Source of the DNA: Balanoglossus misakiensis
Lineage: Eukaryota > Animalia > Hemichordata
Reading direction: 5' to 3'
Assembly: GCA_040954595.2 (NCBI GenBank)
Contig: CM082580.2
Location: 3,276,783-3,340,782, forward strand
Length of the DNA: 64,000 nt
This document shows, one piece after another, positions 63,901-64,000 of the stretch. A program made the position numbers and the translations under genes. The notes under the pieces are model-generated. The model saw only the letters and a list, made by a program, of their open reading frames with translations. It was not told the DNA's origin and did no database searches. Each line of letters begins with the position of its first letter. Within the stretch, counting starts at the first letter, position 1.

Positions 63901-64000
63901 TCAGGTTGGTATTTACCCAGTTTTGTATGTTAGCATCAGCTTTGTGTTCCAATAACAATCTTACACGACCTTCATCACCATACTTTGCTGCAAAGTGCAC
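54954..64000 (-). CDS. Roco gene copy 2 (3' part; ankyrin array continues beyond the window)
   Basis: Exons >64000-63917, 63747-63646, 62687-62580, 61478-61404, 61257-61138, 60918-60679, 60488-60344, 57878-57730, 57065-56889, 56693-54954; same phases and motifs as copy 1, frame open. Confidence 0.9.
55155..55594 (-). repeat. 126 bp coding repeat in copy 2, four units in order A-B-A-B
   Basis: Read from the 691-aa ORF translation. Confidence 0.9.
58096..58133 (-). ncRNA. Minimal hammerhead motif in the inverted pLTR copy
   Basis: Same motif on the minus strand, with GAAACATT instead of GAAACGTT. Confidence 0.55.
58453..59697 (+). pseudogene. Truncated Penelope RT plus GIY-YIG endonuclease
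   Basis: LPSYLKDT, MDVVSLYTNIP, GTAMGSKVAPSYAN, YSKPTD, NIIYAIVCIKCDKFYIGETKRELRIRINEH. RFID is joined directly to KDNTIHT, so the second catalytic Asp and the following segment are deleted. Confidence 0.9.
60039..60076 (+). ncRNA. Minimal hammerhead ribozyme motif in the pLTR
   Basis: cc-CTGAAGA-a-gatcct/cagtga/aggatc-GAAA-cgtt-gg; matches the minimal type I hammerheads known from Penelope-like elements. Confidence 0.65.
62040..62352 (-). mobile_element. DINE-1/HINE-like element end
   Basis: Terminal hairpin aggtcccat...atgggacct (62322-62350) next to a (catc)/(cata) microsatellite; not present in the copy 1 intron. Left boundary uncertain. Confidence 0.5.
63187..63597. mobile_element. TTAA-flanked MITE, same family as 22882-23310
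   Basis: TTAA flanks, GGATGTACG...CGTACATCC termini. Confidence 0.87.

Overview
Eukaryotic, AT-rich, intron-rich and transposon-dense DNA, probably from a marine invertebrate (inference from composition and repeat types; no database used). Most of the window is a tandem segmental duplication with an offset of about 37.5 kb (homology starts at 14475 and 51991). Each copy carries a plus-strand 10-finger C2H2 zinc-finger gene tail-to-tail with a minus-strand Roco gene: ankyrin repeats, ROC GTPase, COR and a death domain, DAPK-like but with no kinase visible. Copy 1 (47190 to 17824) is complete. Its ankyrin region is an array of 26 intact phase-0 single-repeat exons in ~225-260 bp exon+intron cassettes. 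The introns and the repeat framework are nearly invariant, while the predicted binding-surface residues are hypervariable, which makes it a candidate diversifying, DARPin-like immune receptor locus. Its death domain appears split by a 42-aa tandem repeat (23 units in copy 1, 4 in copy 2). Also present: an intron-containing tRNA-Leu(CAA), the first exon of a small membrane-anchored protein, a defective Penelope-like retroelement with inverted terminal repeats carrying minimal hammerhead motifs, Helentron-like arrays and many MITEs. Exon boundaries were read by eye from GT-AG sites and frame continuity.
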